DNA of 64,000 nucleotides from contig CAWCMT010000012.1 of the NCBI GenBank assembly GCA_963796725.1, forward strand, positions 2,026-66,025, given 5' to 3'. The notes under the pieces are model-generated. The model had not been told where the DNA came from. It ran no database searches and saw only the letters and a program-made list of their open reading frames with translations. Shown piece after piece: positions 1-11,265 of the stretch (its first letter is position 1; the number at the start of each line of letters is the position of its first letter). Origin of the DNA: an uncultured Actinomycetes bacterium (GTDB taxonomy: Bacteria; Actinomycetota; UBA4738; HRBIN12). The translations under genes were made by a program, and so were the position numbers.

Positions 1-118
1 CGACTGACGCTCCACACGGGCTCCCTGAGGGCTGCCCGAACTCGCCGGACGGTGGCTTCCCGTTCGAACGTCATGGCTCTGGCCCCTGTGCGATCGGCGG
101 CTGGGTTCGCTCGTCTGC

Positions 119-2897
119 TCAACCTGATGTCTGGTCGACAAGGACGTCGTCGAAGTTGAGCGTCGATGTGACCGCTTGGGCGTTACCGATCTCCACACGG
201 CCGATAGGGGCGGTGCCGGTGTTGGCCACCCAGGCGTCCACGATCTTGGTCCCGTCACGGTAGAGGTCCCAGGTCCCGGAGGTCCCGACCGTGCCGCAGA
301 CCTCGACGTTGTGCCACCCGGTGCCGAGGGCCACGCCCGAGTAGATCTGGGAGCCCGGCATCCGAACGCACGTAGAGGACTCCGCTGGAGTTCACGAAGA
401 CCCTCGCGATCGGCCCATTGGACGCGGTCCGCAGGCGGAGCAGCGTCGTCGAAGAGGGGTCGAGCGTGGAGACGCTCACGTTCGCGCTCATGCAGAGCGC
501 ACCGTACGTGGAGGCGAGGTTCTTGTACGCGAAGGCGCTCTGCGCCGTCGTCTGCGCCCCCGCGCTGGGCGGTGCCACCCCACCCGAGGCGCTGTCGATC
601 GTGAGTCTCGTGACCCCGGTCCAGTTCGAGAAGTCCCCGGCGGTGAAGTCATCAGAGAAGACCGCCGAAGTCACCGAGATCGGGTCCGAGCTCGGGCCCA
701 GGGTCGGTCCGTTGTTGAACCTGTCGACCGCGTCCACCGTGTAGACATGCTGCGAGCCTGGCGCGAGCCCCGTGTCTGTGTAGCTCGTCGAGGTCGTCGC
801 TGCTATCGGGTTGCTGAGATCGCCATCTCGGTAGAGCCGGTACGTGATCGGAGGCGACACGTCCAGCGAGGCCGCCCAGTTGATCGTGATCGTGCCCGCG
901 CTGGGGCTCGAGCCGATGGGCACGCCGGGGGCTGTCGGCGCATCGACGTCAGGGGTGATGTGCGGGGAACACGAACAGGCCGCTGGAGTTCCAGTCGTAC
1001 CCGTTGGATTTGGGGCTCACGAGCGTTTCCGTGCCGCCGACGGGACCCCCGTTCGCGAAGTCCATCGAGTAGAGGTTGCCGTCGCTTCGAGCGAAGTAGA
1101 TCTTCCCGTTCGCCAGGGTCATGCCACGGACGGAGCTCCAGTCGACGGCCGGGGTCAACGATCCCACGGTGAAGCGATAGGAGCCGACCATCGGGCTCTC
1201 GGGCGAGAAATACCGGTAGTACATCCGTGTATCGCTCTTGACCGTGTAGTAGATCTTCCCGTCCGCGTAGAACATCCCTGTGAGGCTCTGCACAGGGAAG
1301 TCCGTCAGGCCATTCAGGTTGATCGCTTGTGCCGGTCCCACCTCAGTTCCGTCGAAGGACCTCGCATAGAACTTGCCGTCGGTCGACCCGCTGTAGAGCG
1401 TGCCCTGGAGCGCGAAGATGCCTCGGGTGGTGCTCCAATCGGTGGCCGGAGTGCTGACGCTCGACGCGCTGCCGAGGGCGGAGCCATCGTAGGTCCTGTG
1501 CACCAATGAGTTGACGGGCCCAGATGCCGGCGGAGGGGGGACTTCGTAGAGGTCGCCCGGCAGGGTGTAGGGGGCCGTTGACGGCGGGGTCTCGCCGCCG
1601 GCGAGAGGGAAGAACGCGATCTTGCGATGCGTCTCGCCGGCCACGTGATCGGTGTCGCTGCCCATCCAGAGCCCGGTCGTCGGTGGAGAACAGCGCGAAG
1701 ACGCCCGCGCCGCGATCCTTCGTGGGGTTCCAGGAGAACGGGACGCCGTTGGAGGGGTCGAGCGCGGCGATCCCGGGGCGAGAGACCGCACCCGGGCCCG
1801 GCGGAGTCCTTCCCGTAGTAGTTGTTCATCCAGCGCTGGTGCCCACCCGCGTAGACCACGGAGCCGGTGATCGCGACGGAGGACAGCGTGTCCCCACCGG
1901 TCGCGTCGACCCATGCCGGTTGGAGCGCCGAGCCGGTGGCGTCGGTGTTCCAACGCACCGCCGCGTCGCACAGCGTCCCCACGTTGGGTCCGCCGGTGGC
2001 CACGATCACGAAGTACGAGCCGTCCGGGGAGAAGTCGACGTCGCGCATGTAGGTGTCGAAGGCGTTGGAGAAGCAGGGGGGGATGTACCGATCGGTCTCC
2101 CAGTCCGCCAGCGTCGCCGTCGGAGTGGATAGGTCGATCAACGCCACCTGGGGTCGGGGTTGTCCATCCACTTTCATGAAGTTGCCGATGATCACGAGGT
2201 GCGAGCCGTCGGCGCTCACGTCCATGCTGTAGACCCAGGGGACCGAGTCCGACGTGTGCGGGTCGGTGATCGAGAAGCTGACGTTGGGATCCACCGCCCC
2301 CGTGGTGACGTTCAGTGCCGCGAGCCGGTCGCGGGCGACGTTCTTGATCGAGGTGAACCGTCCGCCCACGAAGAGGCGGTTCCCGGAGACCTTGATGTCC
2401 CAGACCTGCCCGTTGGCGTTCGCGCTGAAGGCCGTGATCCGCTGACCGTTCGCGGGGTTCAGCTTCACGAGCTTCTTGACGGAGGTATCCCCGTTCACCG
2501 AGCTGAAGTAGCCGCCGACGAACAGGTCGCCGTCGGGGGCCACGGCCAGAGCTTTCACGATGTTGTCGAACGTGGGCGCGAAGTTCGTGTCGATCGCGCC
2601 GGTCGTGGCGTTGAAGGCGAAGAGGTTCGAACGGGGGTAGATCGTGCCGCCGGTGGCGGCCTGGACCTGGGTGAACTGACCACCCGCGTAGATCTCGTTG
2701 TCGATCTGGACGATCGTGTTGATAACCCCGTCCAAGACGTTCGGCGTCCAGTTCTCCGGGTTCGGATTGACGATCTTGTCCTGGGGAACGTTGACGGCCT
2801 GTGAGACACCCACGTTCGCGAACGTCATGCTCGCGAGGAGCGTGAGTGCGGCGAGCGCACCGAGGCCGCGACGAGGGTGGGATGAACTACGCGTCAT
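119..2897 (-). CDS. Large secreted beta-propeller/Fn3/beta-sandwich protein (paralog B), split by frameshifts
   Basis: Joins ORFs 1314..2897, 949..1971, 255..923 and 119..361. It has a signal peptide ([22 protein letters not shown]...SQA), repeated 'VGGxF' propeller blades, Fn3 ('[10 protein letters not shown]...YRLYRDG...YTDTGL') and a C-terminal 'FSDDF...DDVLVD' sandwich domain. It is colinear with paralog A. Confidence 0.8.
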
Positions 2898-2936
2898 CTG
2901 TTGGATCCTCCTGGTTCCCTTGGGGGCGGGGTCGAT

Positions 2937-5900
2937 CTAGCCCGGGGACTGGTCCACGACGACGTCGTCGTAGTTGAACGTCGCGGTGTAGGCCTGAGCG
3001 TTGCCGATATCCACGCGACCGACCGGGGTCGTGCCGGTGTTGGCCGTCCAGGCGTCGACGATCTTGACCCCGTCCCGGTAGAGGTCCCAGGTCCCGGAGG
3101 TCCCGACCGTGACGCAGGCCTCGACATTGTGCCACCCGTTGCCCAGGGCGACGCCGGACCAGATCTGTGCGTTGGACACGTCCGAGCGCGCGTAGAGGAC
3201 ACCGCTGGAGTTCACGAAGACCTTCCCGATCGGTCCGTTGCCCGCGGTGCGCAGGCGGAACAGCGTGGAGTCGCTTGGGTCGATCGACGTCGCGTTCACG
3301 TTCACGCTCATGCAGACCGAGTTGTAGGTACTCGCGAGCGTCTTGTAGGCGAAGGCGGACTGGTTCGTGACCGCCCCACGTGCGCTGGGCGGTGCGACCC
3401 CACCGGTGCCATTGTCGATCGTGAGCCTGGTGACCCCGGTCCAGTTCGAGAAGTCCCCGGTGGCGAAGTCATCGGAGAAGATCGTCGATGCCGAGCTCAC
3501 GGTGATCGAGTCCGAAGCCGGACTCATCGCGCTCGGGCCGTTGCCCAGGTTGTCGGTCGCATCCACCGTGTAGGTGTGCTGGGAGCCTGGCGTCAAGCCC
3601 ATGTCGGTGTAGCTCGTGGAGGTCGTGGTACCGATCGGACTCCCGTCGCGGTGGACGGTGTAGGTGATCGGCGGTGAGGCGTCCGTCGATGCCGTCCAGC
3701 TGATCGTGATCTTCCCCGCCGAGGGGCTCGTGCCCGAAGGCTTGCCCGGGGTCGTTGGCGGATCGGTGTCGACGATCACCTGCGGCTGATCCACGACGAC
3801 GTCGTCGAAGTTGATCGTCGCGGTGATCGCCTGGGCGTTGCCGATCTCCACGCGACCGACCGGGGTCGTGCCGGTGTTGGCCGTCCAGGCGTCGACGATC
3901 TTGACCCCGTCCCGGTAGAGGTCCCAGGTCCCGGAGGTCCCGACCGTGACGCAGGCCTCGACGTTGTGCCACCCGTTGCCCAGGGCGACGCCGGACCAGA
4001 TCTGTGCGTTGGACACGTCCGAGCGCGCGTAGAGGACGCCGCTGGAGTTCACGAAGACCTTCCCGATCGGTCCGTTGCCCGCGGTGCGCAGGCGGAACAG
4101 GGTCGGTGCGTTCGAATCGATCGACGTCGCGTTCACGTTCGCGCTCATGCAGATCGAGTTGTAGGTATCGGCGAGCGTCTTGTAGGCGAAGGCGGACTGG
4201 TTCGTGACCGCCCCACGTGCGCTGGGCGGCGCGACCCCACCGGTGCCGTTGTCGATCGTGAGCCTGGTGACCCCGGTCCAGTTCGAGAAGTCCCCGGTGG
4301 CGAAGTCATCGGAGAAGATCGTCGATGCCGAGCTCACGGTGATCGGGTCCGAAGCCGGACTCATCGCGCTCGGGCCGTTGCCGAGGTTGTCGGTCGCATC
4401 CACCGTGTAGGTGTGCTGAGACCCCGGGGTGAGGTTCGGGATCGGTGTAGCTCGTGGAGGTCGTGGTGCCGATCGGACTCCCGTCGCGGCGGACGGTGTA
4501 GGTGATCGGCGGTGAGGCGTCCGTCGATGCCGTCCAGTTGATCTTGATCGTCCCCGCCGAGGGGCTCGTGCCCGCCGGCTTGCCCGGGGTCGTGGGCGGA
4601 TCGGTATCGGCTGTGACGTGGGTGAAGGCGAACAGGCCGTTGGAGGCCCAGTCGTACCCGTCGGACTTCGGGCTCACGAGTGTCTCCGTGCCCCCGACGG
4701 GGCTGCCGTTGGTGAAGTCCATCGAGTACAGGTTGCCGTCCGTGCGAGCGAAGTAGAGCTTCCCGTTGGCCAGGGTCATCCCCCGGACGGTGCTCCAATC
4801 GACGGGACCCGAGGGCGACGGAGGGACGTCGGTGTTGATGATCTCGATGCCGTTGATCAGCGAGTTCTCGGTCTCGTGCGAGAGGTCGATGTTCACGTTG
4901 CCGTCGCTCGTGATGTTGAACGCCTTCATCGTGCCGACGCGATCCCCGGCGTCCGCAACGATGTCGTAGTGGTCCAGGACGGTGGTGCCGTCGATGGCCA
5001 CGTCGAATACCCGCTGGCCGGGCTGCGAGGTCCCCGAGTACTGGTTGATGAAGTAGAGGCGGACCTGCAGGTGCGTGCCCGAGGCGACAGGGAAGTTCCA
5101 CTGCATCTCCGGGGGGTCGCTCGGATCCCACCGCTCGGTGTTGAAGATCGAGCTCGGGGTGGTGGAAGGGACGCTCCCGTCCACGCTGAACTGCTGACTG
5201 TAAGAGGACACGTTGCTTCCGGTGTTGCGGTAGCTCGCGCCCGCCGCACCGTCGGAATCATCGGCCAACCAGGCCGGCCCGCAATCGGACGCGCCGACGC
5301 TCGGTCCGCCCGCATCGACTCGATACAGGATGGACGGGTCGACGGTCGGACAATTCGCGACCGGGAACAGGTACGATCCGACGATCCGGCTCTCCGGCGT
5401 GAAGTAGCGGTAGTACATCTGCGGGTCGCCCTTGACCGTGTAGTAGATCTTGCCGTTCGAGAAGAACATCCCGGAGAGGTTCTGCACCGGGAAGTCCGTC
5501 AGCCCGTTCAGGTCGATGGGCTGTGCCGCACCGACGGTCGTGCCGTCGAAGGTCCTGGCGTTGAACGAGCCATCGGTCGAGCCACTGTAGAGCATGCCCT
5601 GCAGCGCGAAGATGCCTCTGGTCGTGGTCCAGTCGGTCCCCTGCGTCGGAAGCGCCGACGTGGGGCCCGTGGGGGAGCCGTTGAACGCCCGGCGTTGCAG
5701 GAAGTTGACGTTGCCGCCCTGCATCGGAGGGATGTCCGTGTTGACGATCTCGATGCCGTTGATCAACGAGTTCTCGGTCTCGTGTGAGAAGTCGATGTTG
5801 ACCGTGCCGTCGCTCGTGATGTTGAACGCCTTCATCGTGCCGACGCGATCGCCCACGTCGCCCACGATGTCGTAGTGGTCGAGGACGGTCGTGCCGTCGA

Positions 5901-7681
5901 TGGCCACATCGAACACGCGCTGACCGACACTTGAGGTGCAGGAGCATTGGTTGATGAGGTAGAGGCGGACCTGCAGGTGCGTGCCTGCGTCGACCGGGAA
6001 GCTCCACTGCATCTCCGGCGGGTCGCTCGGATCCCACCGCTCGGTGTTGAAGATCGAACTCGGTGTGGTTGAGGGAACGCTCCCGTCCACGCTGAACTGC
6101 TGATTCCAGGCGGCGGGGTTGCTTCCTGTGTCGCGATAGCTCGCGCCCGCTGCGGTGTCGGAGTCATCGCCCAGCCAGGCCGGCCCGCAGTCCGAGGGGT
6201 CGGCGCCCGGTCCACCTGCGTCCACGCGGTAAAGGATGGAAGGATCCACCCCCTGGCAACCCGTGGTCGGAACGCTGTAGAGGTCACCGGGCAAGGTGTA
6301 GGGGGCCGTGGACGGCGGGGTCTCGCCGCCGGCGAGAGGGAAGAACGCGATCTTGCGATGCGTCTCGCCGGCCACGTGGTCGGTGTCGCTGCCCATCCAG
6401 AGTCCGGTGTTGGTGGAGAGCAGCGCGAAGACTCCGGCGCCGCGATCCTTCGTGGGGTTCCAGGAGAACGGGACGCCGTTGGTGGGATCGAGGGCGGCGA
6501 TCCCAGGCCGTGAGACCGCTCCGGGCCCGGGGGTGTCGCTCCCGTAGTAGTTGTTCATCCAGCGCTGGTGCCCACCGGTGTAGACGACGGAGCCGGTGAT
6601 CGCGACGGAGGACAGCGTGTCCCCGCCGGTGACGTCGACCCATGCCGGCTCGAGCGCCGTACCGGTGGCGTCGGTGTTCCAGCGCGCGGCCGTGTCGCAG
6701 AGCGTCCCGACGTTGGGTCCTCCAGTGGCCACGATCACGAAGTACGAGCCGTCCGGGGAGAAGTCGACGTCGCGCATGTACGTGTCGAAGGCGTTGGAGA
6801 AGCAGGGAGGCGCGTAGCGATCGGTCTGCCAATCGGCGAGGCTCGCGGGCGTGGTGGTCAGATCCAGGAGAGCGGCCTCAGGGCGCGACTCACCGTTGAC
6901 CTTCATGAAGTTCCCGATGATCACGAGATGCGAGCCGTCGGCGCTCACGTCCATGCTGTAGACCCAGGGGATCGAGTCCGACGTGTGCGGATCGGTGATC
7001 GAGAAGCTGACGTTGGGATCCACGGCACCGGTCGTGGTGTCCACGGCCGCGAGCCGGTCCCGGGCGACGTTCTTGATCGAGGTGAACCGTCCGCCCACGA
7101 AGAGGCGGTTCCCGGAGACCTTGATGTCCCAGACCTGGCCGTCGGTGTTCGCGCTGAAAGCGGTGATCCGCTGGCCGTTCGCCGGGTTCAGCTTCACGAG
7201 CTTCCTGACGGAGGAATCCCCGTTCACGGCGTTGAAGTAGCCACCGCACGAACAGGTTGCCGTCGGGGGCTACGGCCAGGGCCTTCACCCGGTTGTCGAA
7301 CGTGGGAGCGAAGTTCGTGTCGATCGCGCCGGTCGTGGCGTTGAAGGCGAAGAGGTTCGAACGGGAGTAGATCGTGCCGCCGGTGGCGGCCTGGACCTGG
7401 GTGAACTGACCACCCGCGTAGATCTCGTTGCCGATCTGCACGATGTTGTCGACTTCCCCGTCAAGGACGTTGGGGGTCCAGTTCTCCGGGTTCGGGTTGA
7501 CGATCTTGTTCTGTGGAACGTTCACGGCCTGGGAGGGAGGGCCGGTCACGACCAGCGCAGCCACCATGGCGGCGACCCATACGATGCTCGCGAAACGATG
7601 CGACACGGCTGGTCGGTGATCCACTTGCACGCTCCTTCGCCCCTCCGAAGGCTTTGCCCTCGGGATCGGTTCCACCCTCAA
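2937..7681 (-). CDS. Large secreted beta-propeller/2x malectin-like/2x (Fn3+beta-sandwich) protein (paralog A), split by frameshifts; start uncertain
   Basis: Joins ORFs 6890..7681, 4306..7227 and 2937..4403. Signal peptide ends '...PSQA-VNVPQ'. The malectin-like motif 'YRVDAGG...QVRLYF...RVFDVAIDG...INGIEI' occurs twice. Confidence 0.8.
2948..4608 (-). repeat. Tandem ~837-bp intragenic duplication (Fn3 + beta-sandwich module); a third, more diverged copy lies at ~122-950
   Basis: Near-identical shadow ORFs are offset by 837 nt (3167..3370 vs 4004..4207; 3367..3573 vs 4204..4410). The copies differ at scattered codons. Confidence 0.9.
4828..6249 (-). repeat. Two ~516-bp malectin-like domain copies (4828-5343 and 5734-6249)
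   Basis: The peptide VDPSILYRVDAGGP...ERWDPSDPPEMQW...HETENSLINGIEI is repeated within ORF 4306..7227. Confidence 0.85.
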
Positions 7682-7846
7682 CGACGGACCGCCGTTAGAT
7701 ACGGCGAACTAGGCGGACCCTAGCACTATCCGCCTGACAAGGCTACAGCTAATGCACTAGAGGCCTATAGGACTTTCGTCTCGTCTTCGCGCAATCCCCA
7801 GCAGCATCGTCTCGAGCCCCCGAGACCGACGCTGTAGCCTAGGTGC

Positions 7847-8803
7847 GTGACAGACGTCTCCGTCGTGACCTGTGCGTACTCAGAAGACCGCTGGGACGAC
7901 CTCGTGCGAGCGGTCGAGTCGGTCCAGGCTCAGACGTGCCCTCCGCTGGAGACGATCCTGGTGATCGACCACAACGATCGGCTGCTGGAGCGCGCCCGCG
8001 AGCGATTCCCCGAGATGCGGGTCGAAGCGAACGCGGGAGCCCGAGGTGCCTCGGCTGCCAGGAACACGGCCTGCGCGATCGTCCGCGGCGAGATCATCGC
8101 GTTCCTCGACGACGACGCCCGAGCGACCGATACGTGGCTCGAGGAGCTCATGCGACCCTTCGAGGATCCCCGGGTGGTCGGGGTCGGCGGGATGGCGCTG
8201 CCGGAGTGGCCGGTTCGACGACCGCGTTGGTTCCCCGAGGAGTTCGATTGGGTGGTTGGCTGCTCCTACCGGGGACTCCCGACGAAACCCGCGCCGGTGC
8301 GGAACCTGATCGGCACGAACATGTCCGTTCGGCGAGAGGCGATGGCTGAGATCGGTGGATTCCGAGAGGGCTTCGGCAACGTCGCGGGCGGGGGGGTCGG
8401 CGAACCTTCGGCCCCCCGGATGTCGACCGCCGAGGAGACCGAGTTCTGCATCCGGGTGCACGCGCAACGGCCGGACACGCACTGGCTCTACGCGCCCGAC
8501 GCGGTCGTGTTCCATCGCGTACCCCCCTACCGGGTGACGTTCGCGTACTTCCTCTCTCGCTGCTGGATCGAGGGGAAGGGCAAGGCGGAGCTCTCGCACC
8601 TCACCGGGCGATCCACTGCGCTTTCATCCGAGCGCGCCTACGCGCGCGAGGTCCTCCTGCAGGGGGTGCTACGGGAGACCGGGGAAGCGATGCGTCAGCG
8701 CGACGTTGCGCGGCTGGGACGCGCCGGAGCCATCGTCGTGGGCCTCACCGTGACGGTCGTCGGTTACGCGATCGGCATGCTCCGACGGGGCGCTCGGGGC
8801 TGA
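7847..8803 (+). CDS. Family 2 glycosyltransferase
   Basis: 'VSVVTCAY', 'LVIDHN', 'ARNT...IIAFLDDDA' (DxD) and 'GTNMSVRR...GGF' GT2 motifs. Confidence 0.9.
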   Translation: MTDVSVVTCAYSEDRWDDLVRAVESVQAQTCPPLETILVIDHNDRLLERARERFPEMRVEANAGARGASAARNTACAIVRGEIIAFLDDDARATDTWLEELMRPFEDPRVVGVGGMALPEWPVRRPRWFPEEFDWVVGCSYRGLPTKPAPVRNLIGTNMSVRREAMAEIGGFREGFGNVAGGGVGEPSAPRMSTAEETEFCIRVHAQRPDTHWLYAPDAVVFHRVPPYRVTFAYFLSRCWIEGKGKAELSHLTGRSTALSSERAYAREVLLQGVLRETGEAMRQRDVARLGRAGAIVVGLTVTVVGYAIGMLRRGARG

Positions 8804-8821
8804 GTCCGTCGAGCAGAGCTC

Positions 8822-10120
8822 TCACGCCGGCGGCCCCCATCCAGAGCGCCTGGCCCTCCTATAGAGGAATGGGCCGGCGGCCATGCCGCGAGCCTCGGCC
8901 AGGATCAGCGAAGGACGGCTCCCTCCCCCGCCTTCATCGGCACGACCCCACAACCGCAACATGTGGAGCGCCGCATCGGGCAGCCGCCCACCCAGCTCCC
9001 GCCGGGTGGCGGGGTCCGCCAGATACTTCGTGATGTAGGCGGCGAGCCCGGCGCCGTAACCGTAGAGATGCGGACGCAGCTCATCGAGGTCCGACCGGTG
9101 GATGTGCCACACGATCGCCGACGGCTCGTAGACGATGGAGCGATCCGCACGGAGCACGCGGACGAACGAGTCGAGATCCTCGCCTCCGAGCGTCGGTGAC
9201 CCGGCGCCCAACCCCTCGTCGAAGCCTCCGAGCTCCAGCATGAGGGCTCGGTCGACGGCGAAGTTCGCTCCCGTTCCGATGCGCCCGGCGTCGAAGGGGA
9301 AGAGCCGCGACTCGCCGGAGCGAGAGCGGATATCGAAGACGTGCGGCTCCGTCCCCGTCGACCACCAGACCCGTTGGTCGAAGTACCGTTGCGACATCGT
9401 GTCGAGCTGCGCGGACGGGACGAGGCCGGTCACGCAGCCCACCCTGGGACCTCGGCCGAACCCCTGCGCGATCCCGTCGAGCCACAGCGGATCCACCAGC
9501 ACGTCGTCGTCGGTGAAGGCGACGTGATCGTTCGCGGCTTCCGCCAGACCTCGGTTCCGGGCCCTGGACAGGCCGGGACGCGGCTCCATCACGTACCGGA
9601 ACCTCGGGTCGTCGCCGACCACCTCCTGGAAGCATCGGGCCGTCCCGTCGTCGCTCGGGGCGTTGTCGACCACCACCACCTCGAACCTCGGGTAGCGGAT
9701 CCGCTTGAGCGGGGCCAAGCTCGCGGCCAGCTGGTCGGGTCGATCACGCGAGGAAAGCACCACCGTCAGCGGCTCGTCCCAGTCCGACCGGATGACGTCG
9801 CGGCAATCCTCTCGCCCGGGGAGGCCGGGGTGCGCGATGTCGGCGGGAACAGAGAGTCCGTCCCCATCCAGGTGGCGGGCGATGGTACCGCCCAGGTCCC
9901 GGTACGCCGCAGCCGTGATGCGCTCGGGGTCGATCTCCGAGGCCGGGAGCACCACCTGGATGAACCCCAGCGGAACACCGTGGAGGCGAACGAGGATCCG
10001 CGCCCGGTCGTACGTCTCCTGCCTCTGCGGCCCGACCGCGCTCATCCGGGTTGGATCGCTCAACTCGATGTCCCCCACCCAGATGGACCGCGAAGGTGCG
10101 CTTTCGTCAGTTGTCCTCAT
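8822..10120 (-). CDS. Family 2 glycosyltransferase
   Basis: 'VVVVDNAPSD', 'GLSRARNRG', 'AFTDDDV', 'GGFDEGLGAG...GGED'. Confidence 0.9.
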   Translation of the reverse strand: MRTTDESAPSRSIWVGDIELSDPTRMSAVGPQRQETYDRARILVRLHGVPLGFIQVVLPASEIDPERITAAAYRDLGGTIARHLDGDGLSVPADIAHPGLPGREDCRDVIRSDWDEPLTVVLSSRDRPDQLAASLAPLKRIRYPRFEVVVVDNAPSDDGTARCFQEVVGDDPRFRYVMEPRPGLSRARNRGLAEAANDHVAFTDDDVLVDPLWLDGIAQGFGRGPRVGCVTGLVPSAQLDTMSQRYFDQRVWWSTGTEPHVFDIRSRSGESRLFPFDAGRIGTGANFAVDRALMLELGGFDEGLGAGSPTLGGEDLDSFVRVLRADRSIVYEPSAIVWHIHRSDLDELRPHLYGYGAGLAAYITKYLADPATRRELGGRLPDAALHMLRLWGRADEGGGGSRPSLILAEARGMAAGPFLYRRARRSGWGPPA

Positions 10121-10168
10121 CGGTGACTCCTCAAGCTTGGGTGGCGTTCATCTCTATCGTCGTTCGGA

Positions 10169-11241
10169 TCACGCCGTCGGGTTCAGGTACGCATCCGCCC
10201 CGATCTGGGCGTAGGCGGCCATGGATGAGGCCGAGCTGTCGGTTATCCAGGGGTAGTCCTTGTCTTCGTCGAAGTAGATCAAGGCCTTGAGCTCGGGCCA
10301 GGTCTTGGCCACCGCGAGGGCATCGAGGATCCACTGGGCCTTGCGTCCGGGCACCGCGGGATCTTCCTGGGCGCCCCACTCCACCGCCATCCACGGCTTG
10401 TCGTGGGCCAGGGCGAAGGCCTCGGTGGGTCCGAAGACCTTATCGAAGGAATCCCACTTGACCCCGGGTTTGCCCGGAGCGAAGTTGTAGCCGTCGCTGC
10501 CGATCAGGTCGACGTAGTCATCCCCGGGGTAGTAGGCGCCGGGATCCCGGCCCGAGCGCGGGTCGAAGGTCCACGACATCATCGTCCAGACGAACGCGAC
10601 GTTATCGACCCCGGTGGATCTGAACAGGTCCACGATGTGGCGGTAGGCCGCGGCGTAGTCAGCGGGGCTGCCCAGGTCCCCAGGTCGTCCTCGGGCTCGT
10701 GGTGGAAGGTGAGGTACATCGGGGACCCGAAGGCCTTGATCGCCTGGGCACGGGCGATGATCGTGGCGTCTTGGGCCCCCGAGGCGATCGAGGCCCAGGC
10801 CACGGGCTGACCGTTGGAGCGCATCGCCTTCCAGTTCAACAACGGGATCCTGCCCTGGGAGGCGGTCCAGGTCTCGTAGGGGCCGGGGAAGTTCGAGTCC
10901 CACCGGTAGTACTGGTGGTCGATCGCGAAGCGGCGCCCGATCTGGGCCTCGACCCGGGAGATCGCATCGGTGCGTGCTTCCCCGTAGCGCGGGGCGACCC
11001 AGGACCCGAAGTAGGCCCCGGAGGCCGGGATCAGGACGGCCGGCGGGCCATGGGCGGATGCGAAGTAGTCACCCGCGAGGAGGGCGATGATCATCGCGAT
11101 CACCAGGCTCGCGGGAAAGATCGACGCCTCGACCGCCTCCGGCGCCTTTCGTCCCTCGAACCCCGCGCTGTCGAGACGCCGGCTGCGCCTCGCGCGTCGA
11201 TACGTACCGTCCCGGAACCATCCGAGCGCTCGATCCACCAT
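10169..11241 (-). CDS. Membrane-anchored/secreted GH26-family glycoside hydrolase (frameshift ~10680)
   Basis: N-terminal hydrophobic helix. 'FHHEPE' (acid/base), 'YYPGDDYVDLIGSDGYN' and 'KPWMAVEWG' (nucleophile) occur across ORFs 10579..11241 and 10169..10903. Confidence 0.8.
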
Positions 11242-11265
11242 AGTCGTACGACCTTGCCCGGGCGC

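Noticed and set aside
2948-4608. 837-bp tandem repeat as CRISPR, mobile element or assembly duplication
   Set aside because: It is in-frame protein-domain repetition with scattered synonymous and non-synonymous differences between copies, with no spacers or terminal repeats.
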